64,000 nucleotides of DNA from an uncultured Bdellovibrio sp. Its GTDB lineage: Bacteria; Bdellovibrionota; Bdellovibrionia; Bdellovibrionales; Bdellovibrionaceae. Made by a program: the position numbers and the translations under genes. Below, in pieces: positions 31,089 through 40,371 of the stretch. The stretch is taken from assembly GCA_963932905.1 (NCBI GenBank), contig CAWVRN010000024.1, positions 1 through 64,000 on the forward strand, written 5' to 3'. The notes under the pieces are model-generated. The model had not been told where the DNA came from. It did not search any database and saw only the letters and a list, made by a program, of their open reading frames with translations. Position 1 is the first letter of the stretch; each line of letters opens with the position of its first letter.

Positions 31089-32147
31089 ATGAGTAAAATA
31101 CTGCTTGTCTATGACGATTTTGCTGAGCTAAATGCGACTGAACTCTCTTTGAAGAAAAGCGGCTTTGACGTCATCGGCTTGACTAACGAATACACTATAA
31201 AAGATCAGATCGTTTCCTTTAATCCCGATATCTTGGTGGGCTTTGGAAATAGTCAGCGCGTAGGATCGTTAAGCGTTGGAAAAAAGCTAAAAGACATGAA
31301 TCGCTGGACAGGGAAATCAGTTTTGATTTTCCCGAAAAGCTACGAACTGCCTGCGGAAGAGCTGCTTCGCATGCGTATGGATATGCTGCTGGAATCACCG
31401 ATTTCGGTAATTCGACTCATCCAAATTATTTGTAAACTTTTAAAGTTAGATGAAAAGGCAGTCATTGAAAAATTAGCGAAATCATTTGCGAAAGATCGAC
31501 ATGATGATTTGGCATTTGCTTCTTATGATTCTGATACTGTGAAAGTCATTCAGCATATTCAAGGTGAACTTGAAAATTTCAACGCTGAAAAACCGCAGGC
31601 TCTGCCTGAAGAAAGTGCTCCTGCCATAGGGAAAGTCGACCAAGAAGAGAATACTGGAGACGTTGCTGTCGAACCCGAGCGCCCGATAAAGAAGAGTTTT
31701 TTTGAAGAGGAAAAATCAGAATCTCCCGTTGTTGAAGCTAAGTCGGATGATCCTTTCGCTGCGTTGATAAATGAACTTAAAGGTGAAGCTAAAAGCAATC
31801 CTAAAACCGAAGTTAAATTAGAACCCAAGGTCGAAGTTAAACCTCAAACGGCTAAACCTGCCGTCATTTTACCAGATGACGAGGTTTTAGATTTCAATGT
31901 TGTCGGACGTCAAATCAAAGACGAGGTTGCTCAAGCTGCCTCAGAACTCAGCGAAAAGGTAAAAAAATACACGCAGATGACCGCGGAATTACACCTCTAC
32001 CCAGAGTCGACGATTAAAAAGGTTAAGGCTAAAAAACAGCTGAATAATCTAAAAAAAGGCTGGAGTGCCGATGAGTTAGAAGAGCAAGATAAAGCTCGCC
32101 GCGAGTTCGTTGCCGCGCTCATGAAATCCTCTAAGACCGAAAACTGA
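31089..32147 (+). CDS. Atypical receiver-like domain plus acidic linker and helical C-terminus
   Basis: KILLVYDD...NPDILV pattern of a REC fold without the acceptor Asp. Confidence 0.6.
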   Translation: MSKILLVYDDFAELNATELSLKKSGFDVIGLTNEYTIKDQIVSFNPDILVGFGNSQRVGSLSVGKKLKDMNRWTGKSVLIFPKSYELPAEELLRMRMDMLLESPISVIRLIQIICKLLKLDEKAVIEKLAKSFAKDRHDDLAFASYDSDTVKVIQHIQGELENFNAEKPQALPEESAPAIGKVDQEENTGDVAVEPERPIKKSFFEEEKSESPVVEAKSDDPFAALINELKGEAKSNPKTEVKLEPKVEVKPQTAKPAVILPDDEVLDFNVVGRQIKDEVAQAASELSEKVKKYTQMTAELHLYPESTIKKVKAKKQLNNLKKGWSADELEEQDKARREFVAALMKSSKTEN

Positions 32148-32247
32148 AGAAATTGCTTAGTTTTGAGCCACTTTATTCTGCGCTGGCTCCCAAATATAGA
32201 CAATGTCTCTATAAAGGATTATTGTTGAGCTATCGGAGGATGAATCT

Positions 32248-32577
32248 ATGGGTTCAACTACAAATACAGTAACTGACAGCTCTTTTGAAACAGACGTTCT
32301 TAATTCAAACACGCCGGTGCTAGTGGATTTCTGGGCCGAGTGGTGTGGACCATGCCGTGCTTTAGGTCCTAAATTAGAAGAGATTGCTGGTGAGATGGCT
32401 GGTAAAGTCAAAGTCGTAAAATTGAATGTAGACGAAAACCAAGAAACACCATCAAAGTATGGCATCCGCGGGATACCTGCGATGTTACTTTTTAAAGGTG
32501 GTACACAAGTAGGACAGTTGGTTGGTAATCAACCCAAAGATTCTATCGTTGATTTCTTAAACAGAAATATCGTTTAG
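32248..32577 (+). CDS. trxA: Thioredoxin
   Basis: DFWAEWCGPC, IRGIP; GGAGG RBS. Confidence 0.97.
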   Translation: MGSTTNTVTDSSFETDVLNSNTPVLVDFWAEWCGPCRALGPKLEEIAGEMAGKVKVVKLNVDENQETPSKYGIRGIPAMLLFKGGTQVGQLVGNQPKDSIVDFLNRNIV

Positions 32578-32580
32578 TTA

Positions 32581-33393
32581 ATGAATTTTTACAGCAAGCT
32601 TGATCATATCACACAGAAAAATAAATCGTTTCTGTGTGTTGGTTTAGATCCCGACTTGAAGTCTTTGCCCGAAGTTCTTTCGGGCAAAAAAAATCCTTTC
32701 TTTGAATTTAATCGCGCTATTATAGATGCTACGGCTGACTTGGTTTGTGCTTACAAACCTCAGAATGCCTATTACGTGGCTGAAGGTTTCGAGCGTGATT
32801 TAGAAATGACCTTTGAATATCTGAACGACAAGTATCCTTCTGTCGTAAGTATCTTAGATTCTAAGCGTGGTGATATTGATTCGACAGCAAAACAATATGC
32901 ACGTGAATCATTTGATCGCTACAAAGCGGACAGTGTGACGTTGAATGCCTACATGGGCAAAGATGTGATCACGCCCTTTTTAGAATACGAAAACAAAGGT
33001 TTGTTCCTGTTATGCAAAACTTCAAATCCTCACGGTGGTGATTTTCAAGATTTGAACGTGGGCGATGAGCCTTTGTATCAGCATCTTGCACGTAAAGCTT
33101 CTAAAGAGTGGAATCAGAAAAATAATTTAGGTTTAGTTGTTGGTGGCACCTACATCGACGCCTTGAGGCAGATTCGACAAATGGATGCCAATATGCCGTT
33201 GCTGATTCCTGGACTAGGCGCTCAAGGCGGGGATTTGAACCAAATTCTAGATACAGCTAAACACTTAAAAAACAAACGCATCATTGTAAATGCATCTCGC
33301 TCTATCATATATGCCGGTAAGGGTGCCGATTTCGCAGATAAGGCCAGACAAAAGGCGCTGGACTATCACAACGTCATGAAGACGTTTATTTAG
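32581..33393 (+). CDS. pyrF: Orotidine-5'-phosphate decarboxylase (type 2)
   Basis: LCVGLDP, AYKPQ, ILDSKRGDI, KTSNP, LIPGLGAQGG, NASRSI. Confidence 0.95.
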   Translation: MNFYSKLDHITQKNKSFLCVGLDPDLKSLPEVLSGKKNPFFEFNRAIIDATADLVCAYKPQNAYYVAEGFERDLEMTFEYLNDKYPSVVSILDSKRGDIDSTAKQYARESFDRYKADSVTLNAYMGKDVITPFLEYENKGLFLLCKTSNPHGGDFQDLNVGDEPLYQHLARKASKEWNQKNNLGLVVGGTYIDALRQIRQMDANMPLLIPGLGAQGGDLNQILDTAKHLKNKRIIVNASRSIIYAGKGADFADKARQKALDYHNVMKTFI

Positions 33394-33429
33394 ACTTATC
33401 CAATTCATTACTTCTGATAAAATAAAAGA

Positions 33430-34587
33430 ATGGAAGCTGTTCGTTGCCGACATTTCAACGGTTATAAACCTTGTTCTAAAAGTTCATCCTGCAATGATCA
33501 ATGTCATAGTTATTCACCTGCTGATAAAGCGTTATTGGTTATTCATCTAGGTGCGATGGGTAGTGTGGTTCGTTCGACGGCTTTGCTAAGAAAAATCAAA
33601 GAACAAAATCCAGATAGCTATATCGTTTGGCTGACTGAAAAGCCCAGTCACGAGATTTTAAAAAATCATCCGGCTATTGATAAAATTTTAGAATTAAATT
33701 TTGAATCGTTGCTAAGTTTGAAAGCGTTTGAATTTGAAACTGTGTATGCACTGGATAAAGATTTAAAGACGGCGGGACTGTTACCGTTCTTAAACGCCAA
33801 GACAATCAAAGGTTTTTCTGCGAATCCCATCACGGGCTGTATTCAGCCGATGGATAGTGATGCTCAAGAACTGTGGAGTATCGGAATATCGAATCAAAAA
33901 AAGTTTTTTGAAAATACGAAATCGGAAATTCAGTTGCTATTCGAAACGTGTGGATTTGAGTTTTCGAATCAGAAATATTGGTTGCAATTATCTGAACAAG
34001 AACAGCTTGGAAGTCAGCAACGTCGCCGTGAATGGTTGGGTGCTAAAAAGTATTTAATTGGCATAAATACGGGCTGTGGCAACGTGATTGCCTATAAAAA
34101 AATGTCGACAGCCTCGCAGATTAAATTGATTGAAAAAATCAAACATCGGCTGCCCCTAGCTCAGATTGTTTTACTTGGTGGAAAAGACGAAACCGTCATT
34201 AATGATGAAATACATAGGCATCATCCTGATGTGATTTTATCAGACACTCAAAAAGGTCTGCGTGATGGATTGCAAAGTATTTATGCCGTGGATGTGTTAA
34301 TCAGCGGTGATTCATTTGCTATGCACGCAGGAATTGCATTTGATAAATTCACTTTAGCGTGGTTTGGGCCTACCTGTGCGCACGAAGTAGAGTTTTATGG
34401 TAATGGTGCGGCTATAAAATCTGACTTTGCTTGTAGTCCTTGTTGGAAGAGAGATTGTAGTATCGAGCGAATGTGCTATGATTATCCCGATATTGAACAG
34501 TTTGTGATCCATTTATTAGAATGGCAGCAAGCCAAAAAGGATAAAGAGAGCACCAGCGACGTTACTTTCCTTGATGTTTCTCTTTAA
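33430..34587 (+). CDS. Glycosyltransferase family 9 (heptosyltransferase-like)
   Basis: LGAMGSVV, ISGDSFAMH, FGPT, CSPC..C..C tail. Confidence 0.85.
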   Translation: MEAVRCRHFNGYKPCSKSSSCNDQCHSYSPADKALLVIHLGAMGSVVRSTALLRKIKEQNPDSYIVWLTEKPSHEILKNHPAIDKILELNFESLLSLKAFEFETVYALDKDLKTAGLLPFLNAKTIKGFSANPITGCIQPMDSDAQELWSIGISNQKKFFENTKSEIQLLFETCGFEFSNQKYWLQLSEQEQLGSQQRRREWLGAKKYLIGINTGCGNVIAYKKMSTASQIKLIEKIKHRLPLAQIVLLGGKDETVINDEIHRHHPDVILSDTQKGLRDGLQSIYAVDVLISGDSFAMHAGIAFDKFTLAWFGPTCAHEVEFYGNGAAIKSDFACSPCWKRDCSIERMCYDYPDIEQFVIHLLEWQQAKKDKESTSDVTFLDVSL

Positions 34588-34596
34588 ATAAAAAGA

Positions 34597-35739
34597 ATGA
34601 ACCATCATCATCAGATAGTGCCTTTTACTAAAGAAACTGCAGAGACACGTATTGTTGTTATTAACACGGCATTCCTTGGTGATTTGGTTCTGACCATTCC
34701 ATTCTTAGTTTTATTAAGACAAAAATTCACTCGTGCAAAGATTGCTTTGGTTTGTAAAAAGGGGATTGGTGACTTCTTTTTGAAATTGAAATTGGTAGAT
34801 GAAATTTTTGAAGTGCTAAAGGGATCAGGGGACGCCTACGCGGCAGTCGCAGAAAATATCAATCGGCAACCAGTGGATTTCTTGTTTTGTATTCATCGGT
34901 CATTTCGAAGCTATTTATTGTCGCTAAGAATCAAAGCTAACTGCCGTGTCGGTTATAAATTAAATTTTAATTGGTTTGGTTACCAGAGAAAAGTGTGTCG
35001 TAATCTAAATATTCCAGAACCACTCAGGATTCTGCAATTGTTGGCGTTAGTCGACGGAATGTTTGCTGATTTTTTTGCGACGGAGTCTAAATATCATAAC
35101 TACAACGAAAAATTGAATACACAGCACATGGTGGAAGTTCCTCGCTGGGCGCACTTTCCGCATGTTTCGTTGCCGCCAGTCCATCATGAAGTGAAACCTG
35201 AGATTCAATCGATGTTAAATCTGTTGCCGGTAGGTGCTAAACGCGTCGCTGTTTTTCCTGGCAGCGTTTGGAATACTAAACGATGGCCAGTCGAGCATTT
35301 TGCCTCGCTGGTAGATCAACTCTTAAAACGTAATCATTCGGTGGTGCTGATGGGTGGGCCGGGTGAGGAAGTCTATGGTGATGCGATCTTTCAGAAATTG
35401 GGGGACGTTACGGGGCTTGTTAACCTGATTGGAAAATCGTCGGTGTGGGAATCGATTCTAATTTTGCATCAATGTGAACTCGTCGTTGCAAACGATAGCG
35501 CTTCGGCGCATTTGGCCGCGTTGCTGGGAAAGAAAATTTTGGTATTTTTTGGACCAACAGTTTTGGATTTTGGTTATCGTCCATGGGGCAACCAAGTGTA
35601 CGTGATGGAAAACAATCAACTCAGATGTCGTCCGTGTGGATCACATGGACATAACGAATGTCCGATTAAGACTCATGTGTGTATGACGTCGATCAGTGCG
35701 GACTCCGCTTTTAAAAAAGTGGAATCCATTTTGGGTTAA
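34597..35739 (+). CDS. Glycosyltransferase family 9 (heptosyltransferase-like)
   Basis: TAFLGDLVL, PGSVWNTKRWP, NDSASAHLA, FGPT, CRPC..HG..C. Confidence 0.9.
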   Translation: MNHHHQIVPFTKETAETRIVVINTAFLGDLVLTIPFLVLLRQKFTRAKIALVCKKGIGDFFLKLKLVDEIFEVLKGSGDAYAAVAENINRQPVDFLFCIHRSFRSYLLSLRIKANCRVGYKLNFNWFGYQRKVCRNLNIPEPLRILQLLALVDGMFADFFATESKYHNYNEKLNTQHMVEVPRWAHFPHVSLPPVHHEVKPEIQSMLNLLPVGAKRVAVFPGSVWNTKRWPVEHFASLVDQLLKRNHSVVLMGGPGEEVYGDAIFQKLGDVTGLVNLIGKSSVWESILILHQCELVVANDSASAHLAALLGKKILVFFGPTVLDFGYRPWGNQVYVMENNQLRCRPCGSHGHNECPIKTHVCMTSISADSAFKKVESILG

Positions 35740-35741
35740 TA

Positions 35742-38700
35742 TTATTGTTCGCGGAAAATATGTGTGCCTGGCGGCGCTACTTTCCAACCTTGCATTTGAA
35801 TTAAGTTATTCAAATATTCTGGCGAATCGCTAGTAACCGACGCGTTATCTGGGTGCTTCCATTTTTGGGTTAGGTAGTACTTGAAACGGTTGTAATCTTG
35901 GTTGCCGCGGATCATGATCGTGAAAGTTTTGTTTTTCTCGTCATTAGGATCCTGAATTTCATTTCCTGACTGGGGTTGTGTTACCCAATAATACTGTTCT
36001 TGGAAAGTAAACGGTTGAGTGCTTTTCGCTGACTGACAGATCAGCATACCTTTCTGAGTTAAAGTCAGTTTTTCTTCAGCAGTAACACTCGATTTAAAGA
36101 ACTGGCTGTAGTCGATTTCGCCATCCCATAGTTGCAAGAGCCATACTTTGCTGGAAGGCTGGAACAATCTTGAGTTTGGCTTGATGGAAACACAGTACTG
36201 GTAGTCCGCAGACTTAATTTTGAACCGGCTTTCTGTTACTAACAAATTAGATCCTTCGCTTAAACCAATAGAGTTTGAGTCGGATTTAGATGTCGATCGA
36301 CTAAAATCCAAAGACGAATAAAGTTCGGCACCGACGGATGCAAAGTTGCCAACCTTCACGCCGCCACCAGCTTTAGCACCAATACCCATCGAGTTGCTAA
36401 AGCTTTCGCTGTACGATGTGCTTACCGAGAATGATGTGCCTAAACTGATGCCTTTTTCTGCGCCCGCACCAACATATTCAGAGCTAACGATCGATTTGAT
36501 GAAGAAAACATGATCGAAATCAAAGAATGCTTTGATGTTGCCGTTAGCGGCGCTATTGCATGCACGGCTTAAAAGCATTTCACCTAAATTTAATTTTCCT
36601 TTCCAGTAAGTATTAAACCAGTATTTGCACAGTTGTTCCGAAGCTTTTTTGTCGAAATTAGATCTATGATTCGCTAACGAGCTGCGAAGAGCGTCGGCAA
36701 ATGGTAAGTTTCCGATTTTAAGATCGTCTGCGTAGTCGAGTTTGTTTAACATCGCGTACACCTGTGGTGTCGCACGTTTCGTGTTCATGTCGATTGTCTT
36801 CTGACTCTTCGCTTTGAAGTCGGCTATCAATTTCGAGAAATCGAATTCAACGGTATTGTTAGCTGTTTCGATTTGAATGTGTTTAGTGTATTCAGAGCCA
36901 GAGTAAGATCTAAGTGTCTTGTGAGTTTCACCATTCATTACAATATCTTCAAAAAAGATAGGGTAAACTAAAGACGTCTCGTGGTTGATAATGTCTTCAA
37001 TTTTCTCATTTGGATTCTTTAGTTTTAAACTGTAGTCTGTGTCCGCAATCACTTTATTATTCTTAATTGCTAAAAGCTGCAGGAATATTGTATTGCGAGT
37101 TAAGAACAAACGGTGATCAAGTAAGCGGAACGGGAATTCCGCGTAGACTTTACCTTGTCTGAGCATAACAGGAATATCTTCTTGGGCAATAACGACTGGT
37201 TTTTCTGCCATGTTTTTGTTTTTTGTTAACATGACTCTGAGTAAATAAGGACCATCAATCAAAGTCTCTAGATTGTTATCGAAGTCGTGTTTCAAATCAC
37301 TTGGAACTTTGACCCGTGGGTGAATTTCAATACCCAATTTCTTAGGGGCACTGAATTCTAGCAGTGAATTGATAGCGTTGTTGTAATCCATCACATGTGT
37401 TTTGATACTAAGGTCTTCTAAAACCACTTCAGAACGCTTTGGATTTTCAGTGTCACATGATGTACTCATAACCTGCGGTTTATCGATTTCGGATTCGTCT
37501 TTTCCGCCGAAATACTCATCCCAAGGATTGATATAGTAGTAACGTTTGATTTTCAGATTATAATCTGGGTTTTCGATAACTACATAGCCTTTAAAGTATT
37601 TTCGACATGCGTAGATGTCATATTCAATCTCGTCCGTCCAGTAGACGCATCCGTTGGTGTTACTAATAGTTAATTTTTTCTCTTCACCAGGAACGTTTTC
37701 ATTGGTGCTGAACCCACGAACTTTAAAGTTTTGGAATGCCAATGGGCCACCTAGTAAATTGTTGTTAAAACATATATGAACTGGGTAGGTTACCGTGCGT
37801 TTGTGGTTTAATTGCTGGATACCTTTAACTGGAGACGAAATTTCAAGCATACCCCAAGCAATTGTTGAGTCGGCTTTTCCTGATCGACCAGCCGATGTCT
37901 TTTCATCAACTTCATCATCCGTTTTGGCACCTTTAACATCTGACATATAAGTTTTGTTTACAGGCAACTGAGTTTCAATTTCCTTTATAGAGGCATCGCT
38001 GGGTGAGATTTTAAGGAATGTTGTCGCACGAATGTTTCTGAAATCACCTATTGGGAATACCCCTACGAATGATTTAAGATTCGGGACCGATTTGCTCGGC
38101 TCTATATAAAGACGTAAGAATAAACTACCACGAGACGGTGGGCCACCTTTAAATGTTAGTATTTTCGTAAACGATAAAATACCTTTTTTCATCTGTTCAT
38201 CTTTGAAATTGCCGCTAGCTAACACTTCATATGTATTTTTTTCGATTTCGCCGCCAACAAAATAACGATGTATGATTTCAATTCTGCCAGAGAAAATACC
38301 ATATTTTAACGAGTAGGTAGAATCATCGCCGCTTGTTTTTTTGGTTTTGATAACTGGATTTACGTTGAAATCATAACGTAATTGGTAACGATTTTTCTCA
38401 ACATCACCCATTTTTTCGTCGTTTACGAACATGCGACCGTCTTCTACCCAGAGATCGTAGCCTTGTTTTTGTGACTTGCCGGAAAGCTTTGCAGCTACAG
38501 CATCGGCATCCACTAGTGGTTCTACTTTAGTTTTCGATAAATCGATCGCGTTGTGATAATTTTCCGTATCCCATGGATTGATGGCGTACGATACTTTGTA
38601 AGAGCCAGTGTGCAATCCTGCCGATTTAATTTTTCTTTCGTATTTAATAAATACGGGATCTGTTAAATACTCGAATGCTATTTTTTCGTTCCAAGATAAA

Positions 38701-38999
38701 CACCCAGATGCATCTGTTTTTATTTCTTGATTTAGTTCTTCGATTAAAAATGGATGATTAAGCACAGGTTTGCTGTGGCGCAAATCACGAATACACGCTT
38801 TCATCACATAGACACGCTCTTTCGGTAGAGAGATACTTTCGTGCAATGATTCGCTAACTAATCCACCGGTTACTTCATCAGCATAAAATGAACCTTGAGC
38901 ATCGCCACCATCCGTGCGCTTCTGCGTGTCGGGCAAATTACACCCGGCCAAGAATAAGATAGATGCTAGTGATAGAAAAGCTATCTTAAAGAGCGACAT
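35742..38999 (-). CDS. Large hypothetical lipoprotein (1085 aa)
   Basis: Lipobox LAGC (Cys19); beta-rich; internal repeat; Ser/Gly-rich segment near the C-terminus. Confidence 0.8.
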   Translation of the reverse strand: MSLFKIAFLSLASILFLAGCNLPDTQKRTDGGDAQGSFYADEVTGGLVSESLHESISLPKERVYVMKACIRDLRHSKPVLNHPFLIEELNQEIKTDASGCLSWNEKIAFEYLTDPVFIKYERKIKSAGLHTGSYKVSYAINPWDTENYHNAIDLSKTKVEPLVDADAVAAKLSGKSQKQGYDLWVEDGRMFVNDEKMGDVEKNRYQLRYDFNVNPVIKTKKTSGDDSTYSLKYGIFSGRIEIIHRYFVGGEIEKNTYEVLASGNFKDEQMKKGILSFTKILTFKGGPPSRGSLFLRLYIEPSKSVPNLKSFVGVFPIGDFRNIRATTFLKISPSDASIKEIETQLPVNKTYMSDVKGAKTDDEVDEKTSAGRSGKADSTIAWGMLEISSPVKGIQQLNHKRTVTYPVHICFNNNLLGGPLAFQNFKVRGFSTNENVPGEEKKLTISNTNGCVYWTDEIEYDIYACRKYFKGYVVIENPDYNLKIKRYYYINPWDEYFGGKDESEIDKPQVMSTSCDTENPKRSEVVLEDLSIKTHVMDYNNAINSLLEFSAPKKLGIEIHPRVKVPSDLKHDFDNNLETLIDGPYLLRVMLTKNKNMAEKPVVIAQEDIPVMLRQGKVYAEFPFRLLDHRLFLTRNTIFLQLLAIKNNKVIADTDYSLKLKNPNEKIEDIINHETSLVYPIFFEDIVMNGETHKTLRSYSGSEYTKHIQIETANNTVEFDFSKLIADFKAKSQKTIDMNTKRATPQVYAMLNKLDYADDLKIGNLPFADALRSSLANHRSNFDKKASEQLCKYWFNTYWKGKLNLGEMLLSRACNSAANGNIKAFFDFDHVFFIKSIVSSEYVGAGAEKGISLGTSFSVSTSYSESFSNSMGIGAKAGGGVKVGNFASVGAELYSSLDFSRSTSKSDSNSIGLSEGSNLLVTESRFKIKSADYQYCVSIKPNSRLFQPSSKVWLLQLWDGEIDYSQFFKSSVTAEEKLTLTQKGMLICQSAKSTQPFTFQEQYYWVTQPQSGNEIQDPNDEKNKTFTIMIRGNQDYNRFKYYLTQKWKHPDNASVTSDSPEYLNNLIQMQGWKVAPPGTHIFREQ

Positions 39000-40173
39000 T
39001 CAAAACCTCGAAGCGTAAGAAATACATTTTTTCATCAGATTGTGCTGGATTTTCAACTATGAGTTTTGCGTCACTGAAATAGAACGTGACTCGAAAGTTT
39101 TGTTTCACATTTTTCCATGAAGCTATGAATTCATAACCCATATGATTAGTCGCAAAATAGTCTGTGTTCGAGTATGCGCCTACGGTCGCATCGGATTCTA
39201 TTCTATATGTATAACCAGATAATTCGATATCGTGATTTCCAAGTAATGTGTAGCCGCCGCCGCCGCCAGCTCGATAAGCTTGGTTTACTCCTTTTGGTGC
39301 ACCTTGGTTTTCTAAGAGCGAACCCGCACCTAATAAGTAAGCGGCTTTGTAGATTCGTCTTTTAAAAGACAGATCTGAATCTAAACCTTGATATTCGTAT
39401 TTAAAAGCGCGTTCTGTATCGGAAATACGTGTGTCCGCCGACGTGTTACCCGCGACTACACTAGCTGTCGATACACTTGTGGGTAACTGTGAAAATTTGA
39501 AATAGTTGGCTTTAGCTTGGACGATGTTTTTATCGCCAGTTTCCCATGTCGATGTTAAACCCACCGAGTTTAACATCGGCGAAGATTCCTTTTCATTTTG
39601 ATCAGAAATTGCAGAGCGAGAATTAGGAATTACAGTTTGTCCTTGAACACCAAATGTCCATGGACCGTTAGAAATACTTTGTTTAGCTTGGCCGCCCATA
39701 AATGCCATTTGGTCATCCACAAGTAACATCGAGAAAATTTCGTATTGATCGAAAATACCAGCCGCTACGTAGCTTTCCTTCATCCATTGGTAATAAGCCG
39801 CCGCGTGCTGGATGCTTAATCGATTATCTAGTGATTCAGCTCCATCTACACTTTGGACGTGGCCAGAATGTAAACGTGCGATAGGATTCAGTTTCAAATA
39901 GATCGATGTGTTTACGTAGTATTTTAAGAAGTAGTTTAATTTTAGCTGAAGGACGTCCATCTTCGCGAACTGACTTTCATAGCTGGTCGCGCGCAAACCT
40001 AGGCGTAAGCTAGATTCGTTGGATGGAGTACCTAGGTAGCCTGATGGCGTATTCGCAGCTGTTGTAGTATTCATTTTTGACAAAGGTTCTTTGCGAGTTT
40101 TGCGTGTAGAATCAAAACCCCAAGTTACAGAGAATAGAAACAATACAGAGACTGCGAACCAATAGTTTCTCAT
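38986..40173 (-). CDS. Putative outer-membrane beta-barrel/porin
   Basis: Signal peptide; many amphipathic strands with aromatic ends; overlaps the lipoprotein start by 14 nt. Confidence 0.65.
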   Translation of the reverse strand: MRNYWFAVSVLFLFSVTWGFDSTRKTRKEPLSKMNTTTAANTPSGYLGTPSNESSLRLGLRATSYESQFAKMDVLQLKLNYFLKYYVNTSIYLKLNPIARLHSGHVQSVDGAESLDNRLSIQHAAAYYQWMKESYVAAGIFDQYEIFSMLLVDDQMAFMGGQAKQSISNGPWTFGVQGQTVIPNSRSAISDQNEKESSPMLNSVGLTSTWETGDKNIVQAKANYFKFSQLPTSVSTASVVAGNTSADTRISDTERAFKYEYQGLDSDLSFKRRIYKAAYLLGAGSLLENQGAPKGVNQAYRAGGGGGYTLLGNHDIELSGYTYRIESDATVGAYSNTDYFATNHMGYEFIASWKNVKQNFRVTFYFSDAKLIVENPAQSDEKMYFLRFEVLNVAL

Positions 40174-40186
40174 ATTGGACTAAATG

Positions 40187-40202
40187 TGCAAAGACAGGGC
40201 CT
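40187..40202 (-). promoter_or_regulatory. Putative sigma54 promoter
   Basis: Minus strand AGGCCCTGTCTTTGCA, GG-N10-GC spacing. Confidence 0.45.
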
Positions 40203-40295
40203 TTTATGCGAATTGTAGCGGCATACAGCCACCTATATGGCCTATTTTCCTTGCCAGTGACAATTTAGGTAAGCATTTTGAAAATTTTTGACATG

Positions 40296-40348
40296 GGTGC
40301 CAGCCTACTTTTCCGGACGCGCCGCTTACGGAAAAGTAGGCTGGCACC
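40296..40348. repeat. Perfect 20-bp inverted repeat (REP-like hairpin)
   Basis: GGTGCCAGCCTACTTTTCCG-N13-CGGAAAAGTAGGCTGGCACC. Confidence 0.85.
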
Positions 40349-40371
40349 TTAATTCGTCTCAGATTGAGACG

